Assembly (NCBI GenBank): GCA_964510165.1
Contig: CAZEBC010000027.1
Coordinates: 1 to 11,605 of the forward strand
From: an uncultured bacterium
GTDB taxonomy: Bacteria > Abyssobacteria > SURF-5
Length of the DNA: 11,605 nt
Direction: 5' to 3'
The position numbers and the translations under genes were made by a program. Position 1 is the first letter of the stretch. Each line of letters opens with the position of its first letter. The notes beneath the pieces were generated by a model that was not told the DNA's origin, did no database searches, and was given only the letters and a program-made list of their open reading frames with translations. This document shows, piece by piece, positions 8,085 to 11,605 of the stretch.

Positions 8085-8585
8085 TTGGAAAGGTTCGAAC
8101 CCGAAGCACAGGAGCTCAGGGAGAAGATAGTCAAGATCAACCGCGTCGCCAAAGTGGTCAAGGGCGGCAGGCGGTTTGGTTTCAGCGCGCTTGTTGTAGT
8201 GGGTGACGGCAAGGGTCGTGTGGGCGCCGCCCTCGGAAAAGCCAATGAGGTGCCGGAGGCCATCCGGAAAGGGATAGAAAAGGCCAAGAAGAACATGGTC
8301 TCGGTCCCCGTCGTGAACAGCACGATCCCTCACGAGGTGGTCGGACACGCGGGCGCAGGCCGCGTCATGATCAAGCCCGCTTCGCCCGGCACGGGCGTCA
8401 TAGCGGGCGGGTCGGTGAGGGCCGTAATGGAGGCGGCGGGCGTGTCCAACGTCCTCAGCAAGTCACTCGGCTCGGACAACCCGATCAACGTGGTGAAGGC
8501 GACGATGGCCGCGCTCAAGAACCTGCAAACTTCCGAACGAGTAGCCGCCAAGCGCGATAAGAGTGTCTCCGAAATAATAGTGTGA
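8085..8585 (+). CDS. rpsE: 30S ribosomal protein S5 (uS5)
   Basis: TTG start; [49 protein letters not shown]. Confidence 0.98.
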   Translation: MERFEPEAQELREKIVKINRVAKVVKGGRRFGFSALVVVGDGKGRVGAALGKANEVPEAIRKGIEKAKKNMVSVPVVNSTIPHEVVGHAGAGRVMIKPASPGTGVIAGGSVRAVMEAAGVSNVLSKSLGSDNPINVVKATMAALKNLQTSERVAAKRDKSVSEIIV

Positions 8586-8595
8586 AGAGGAAAAG

Positions 8596-9036
8596 ATGGA
8601 ACTCAATACGATAGGGCCGGCCAAGGGGGCCAAAAAGAAACCAAAACGCATCGGACGCGGGCAAGGCTCGGGCCATGGCAAGACTGCCGGCAAAGGCCAC
8701 AAAGGGCAGAGAGCGCGATCGGGCCCCAAGTCGGCCCGCGGATACGAGGGCGGCCAGATGCCGCTCCAGAGGCGCGTGCCCAAGAGGGGCTTCACGAATA
8801 TCTTCAAGAAACACTATGAGGTCGTCAACGTCGCGCAGCTCAACGTCTTCGAGCGCGGTGCCGAGATCACTCCCGAGGCGCTTCGCGAAAGGAGGATGGT
8901 GAAGCTGAACCGCGACGGCGTCAAGATACTAGGTGACGGCGACCTGAAAGTTTCTCTTACGGTACGGGCGAATCTGTTCAGCCAGTCAGCGAAGGAAAAG
9001 ATCGAGGCCGCGGGTGGGAAGGCCGAGGTGATCTGA
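8596..9036 (+). CDS. rplO: 50S ribosomal protein L15 (uL15)
   Basis: [51 protein letters not shown]. Confidence 0.99.
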   Translation: MELNTIGPAKGAKKKPKRIGRGQGSGHGKTAGKGHKGQRARSGPKSARGYEGGQMPLQRRVPKRGFTNIFKKHYEVVNVAQLNVFERGAEITPEALRERRMVKLNRDGVKILGDGDLKVSLTVRANLFSQSAKEKIEAAGGKAEVI

Positions 9037-9037
9037 G

Positions 9038-10360
9038 TTGCTGGATGCATTCAAGAATGCGTTCAAGATACCCGAACTGAAAACCCGCATCCTGTTCACC
9101 TGCGTGCTTCTCGCTGTCTATCGTCTCGGCGGGCATATACCCACGCCGGGCATCAACGGCAAGGTGCTGGCCCAGTTCGTGACCGAACGCCAGAACACGC
9201 TGCTCGGGTTTGCCGACCTGTTCGCTGGCGGCTCCTTCAGGCGGATGACCGTGTTTGCGCTCGGCATCATGCCATACATCAGCGCGTCCATTATTCTGCA
9301 GCTCCTTGTCGCGGTGATACCGTACTTCGAGAAACTCTCGAAGGAGGGCGAAGAGGGCCGCAGGAAGCTCACGCAGTACACGCGCTACGGGACCATCGCC
9401 CTGACAGCGGTGCAATCGCTCGGAATCAGTCTGTGGCTTTCGAACCCGAGCAATTTTGGCGGCATGGTCATCGTTCCGCACCCGGGAATCGGCTTCATCC
9501 TGCTCACGATGATCACGTTCACCACGGGGACCGCTTTCATCATGTGGCTCGGCGAACAGATAACGGAGCGGGGCATCGGCAACGGCATATCGCTCATCAT
9601 CTTCGCCGGGATCGTCGCGGGCATGCCGACTGCCATAGCGTTGCTCGGAAGGAATATACAGCTGGGCGAGATGAGCATTTTCAAGATGATAGTCCTGCTC
9701 GTGCTTCTCGTCTCCGTGACGGCGGGCGTGATAGTGCTCACCACTGCCCAGAGAAAGATACCGGTTCAATACGCCAAACAGATAAAAGGGCGCAAGGTTT
9801 ACGGAGGCCAGAGCACGTGGCTTCCTCTGAGGGTCAACCAGGCGGGAGTGATTCCCATCATATTCGCGTCTTCGTTGCTGCTGTTTCCGCCGACGATCGC
9901 CCAGTTCTTCCACACTGGGGCGATGCAGGCGCTGAATGAATGGTTGTCCCCCGGCGCCTTGCTCTATAACATCCTTTACGTGTTATTGATCGTGTTTTTC
10001 ACGTATTTCTATACGGCGATCACGTTCAACCCCATCGATGTCGCCGACAATCTGAAGAAATACGGGGGGTTTGTGCCCGGCATCAGGCCGGGCAGGCCGA
10101 CCGCCGAGTATCTTGACAGGATCATGACGCGCATAACGCTGCCCGGCTCGGTGGCGCTGGCGTTCGTGGCGGTCATACCGACGATCATCAGCAGAAGCAT
10201 GCACATTGACTACCTGGTCTCCAGCTTTTTCGGCGGAACCAGCCTGCTGATTGTGGTCGGAGTCGCCCTCGACACGATCCAGCAGATGGAATCCCATCTA
10301 CTTATGAGACATTATGACGGCTTCATGAAGAAGGGCCGCATCAGGGCCCGCAGGTTCTGA
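9038..10360 (+). CDS. secY: Preprotein translocase subunit SecY
   Basis: 440 aa multi-pass hydrophobic protein, TTG start; FALGIMPYISASIILQLL, WLGEQITERGIGNGISLIIFAGI, GVIPIIFASS, PGIRPG, GGTSLLIVVGV. Confidence 0.99.
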   Translation: MLDAFKNAFKIPELKTRILFTCVLLAVYRLGGHIPTPGINGKVLAQFVTERQNTLLGFADLFAGGSFRRMTVFALGIMPYISASIILQLLVAVIPYFEKLSKEGEEGRRKLTQYTRYGTIALTAVQSLGISLWLSNPSNFGGMVIVPHPGIGFILLTMITFTTGTAFIMWLGEQITERGIGNGISLIIFAGIVAGMPTAIALLGRNIQLGEMSIFKMIVLLVLLVSVTAGVIVLTTAQRKIPVQYAKQIKGRKVYGGQSTWLPLRVNQAGVIPIIFASSLLLFPPTIAQFFHTGAMQALNEWLSPGALLYNILYVLLIVFFTYFYTAITFNPIDVADNLKKYGGFVPGIRPGRPTAEYLDRIMTRITLPGSVALAFVAVIPTIISRSMHIDYLVSSFFGGTSLLIVVGVALDTIQQMESHLLMRHYDGFMKKGRIRARRF

Positions 10361-10380
10361 TGCGCGCGGAGGAGAGGAAC

Positions 10381-11037
10381 GTGACGGAGAGAAAGAGATT
10401 GATGGTGATGCTTGGCCCGCCCGGCGCCGGAAAAGGAACCCAGGCGGTCAAGGTGGCCAAGCGCTACTCCATTCCCCATATCTCGACCGGAGACATTTTT
10501 CGGGCCGCCATTAAGGAAGGCACCGAGATGGGGCGCAAAGCCAAACAATATCTGGACTCGGGCGAGCTGGTGCCCGATTCAATCGTGACCGGCATCGTGG
10601 CCGACAGGATCAGACAAGAGGACTGCAACGGCGGGTTCCTGCTGGACGGGTTCCCGCGAACCTTGCCTCAGGCCGAGGCTCTGGACAAAATATTGGAGGA
10701 AAGCGGGTGTCCGCTGACCGCCGTCGTTGACCTTGCGGTCGACAGAGAAGCCCTGATCAACAGGCTTACGGCGAGACGGACATGCTCTGAATGCGGCGAG
10801 AATTACAACCTCATCTCGAAGCCGACGAAGAACAAGGGTGTGTGCGACAAGTGCGGCGGTTCTCTGTATCAGCGCGAAGATGACAAGCGCGAGACCATCG
10901 AGAACCGGCTGTCAGTCTACGAAAGGCAAACCCAGCCTCTCATCGATTATTACCGGAAGAGCCGTCGCCTCGTCAGTGTGCCGGGGGAAGGATCGATAGA
11001 CGAGGTTTTCGCGCGCATATGCGATGCGCTTAAGTGA
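10381..11037 (+). CDS. adk: Adenylate kinase, long LID with zinc-finger motif
   Basis: P-loop GPPGAGKGTQA, HISTGDIFR, FLLDGFPRT, LID CSEC-x16-CDKC, QREDD. Start uncertain: GTG 10381 follows GGAGGAGAGG; ATG 10360 overlapping the secY stop is the alternative. Confidence 0.96.
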   Translation: MTERKRLMVMLGPPGAGKGTQAVKVAKRYSIPHISTGDIFRAAIKEGTEMGRKAKQYLDSGELVPDSIVTGIVADRIRQEDCNGGFLLDGFPRTLPQAEALDKILEESGCPLTAVVDLAVDREALINRLTARRTCSECGENYNLISKPTKNKGVCDKCGGSLYQREDDKRETIENRLSVYERQTQPLIDYYRKSRRLVSVPGEGSIDEVFARICDALK

Positions 11038-11066
11038 GACAGAGTGCCCGTAAGGGAGCGAGCGCA

Positions 11067-11605
11067 GTGATTGTGATTCGGTCTCCGGAAGAGATAGCAA
11101 TACTTCGGGAGGCCAACCAGATAGTGGCTCGCATTCTGCAAGAGCTGGCTGATGACATAGGGCCAGGTGTAACTACCGGCTCTCTGGACGATAAGGCGGA
11201 ACGCCTGATTCTCCAGGCAGGCGGCAGGCCGGCTTTCAAAGGATATCGCGGGTATCCGAAGACGATATGCACCTCCGTGAACCAAGAGGTCGTGCATGGG
11301 ATACCATCTCCCGGGGTTATCCTTCGGGAGGGCGACATAATCAGCATAGATATCGGGATCGTTTACAGGGGATACGTCGGGGATACCGCAGCCACCTTTC
11401 CCGTGGGGCAGGTTTCCGAAGAGAAGAGACGGCTTATCAGAGTCACCAAGGAAGCCCTTTATATGGGTATTGACCGCGTGAGGGCAGGGAATCGGCTTTC
11501 GGACGTGTCTTATGCGATCCAAACCCATGTTGAGAGACACGGGTTTTCGATTGTTCGTGACTTTGTCGGACACGGCATCGGGCAGCAAATGCACGAGGAG
11601 CCGCA
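11067..11605 (+). CDS. map: Type I methionine aminopeptidase (partial, runs off the window end)
   Basis: Not in the ORF track because it has no stop in the window. From GTG 11067: MIVIRSPEEIAILREANQIV...AFKGYRGYPKTICTSVNQEVVHGIPS...LREGDIISIDIG...GDTAATF...FVGHGIGQQMHEEP. Confidence 0.97.
   Translation, partial: MIVIRSPEEIAILREANQIVARILQELADDIGPGVTTGSLDDKAERLILQAGGRPAFKGYRGYPKTICTSVNQEVVHGIPSPGVILREGDIISIDIGIVYRGYVGDTAATFPVGQVSEEKRRLIRVTKEALYMGIDRVRAGNRLSDVSYAIQTHVERHGFSIVRDFVGHGIGQQMHEEP

Noticed and set aside
6826..8109. 427-aa minus-strand ORF
   Set aside because: Antisense to rpsH, rplF and rplR with no recognisable motif; long shadow ORFs are expected opposite GC-rich coding genes.
8978..9913. 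311-aa minus-strand ORF
   Set aside because: Antisense shadow of secY with no domain-like features.
10950..11594. 214-aa minus-strand ORF at the window end
   Set aside because: Antisense shadow of map, which is clearly encoded on the + strand from 11067.
1..11605. Novel system, mobile element, CRISPR array, intron/intein or RNA gene
   Set aside because: The window is almost fully tiled by normal-length conserved genes; the largest gap is 93 nt and no such signatures are visible.

Overview
This window is an ordinary, intact housekeeping locus: the fused str-S10-spc ribosomal protein super-operon of a fairly GC-rich bacterium, all on the + strand. Gene order: tuf (3' end), rpsJ, rplC, rplD, rplW, rplB, rpsS, rplV, rpsC, rplP, rpmC, rpsQ, rplN, rplX, rplE, rpsZ (zinc-type S14), rpsH, rplF, rplR, rpsE, rplO, secY, adk, map (truncated by the window end). 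I see no mobile element, CRISPR array, RNA gene, pseudogene or novel system. The clearest departure from the canonical order is the absence of rpmD (L30) between rpsE and rplO. Smaller points are a 93-nt rplX-rplE spacer that may form RNA structure, a four-Cys L24, an exact 18-bp repeat in rplB, an atypical L3 loop near the peptidyl-transferase centre, and many predicted GTG/TTG starts. All gene calls come from recognising protein motifs and synteny; no database search was run.
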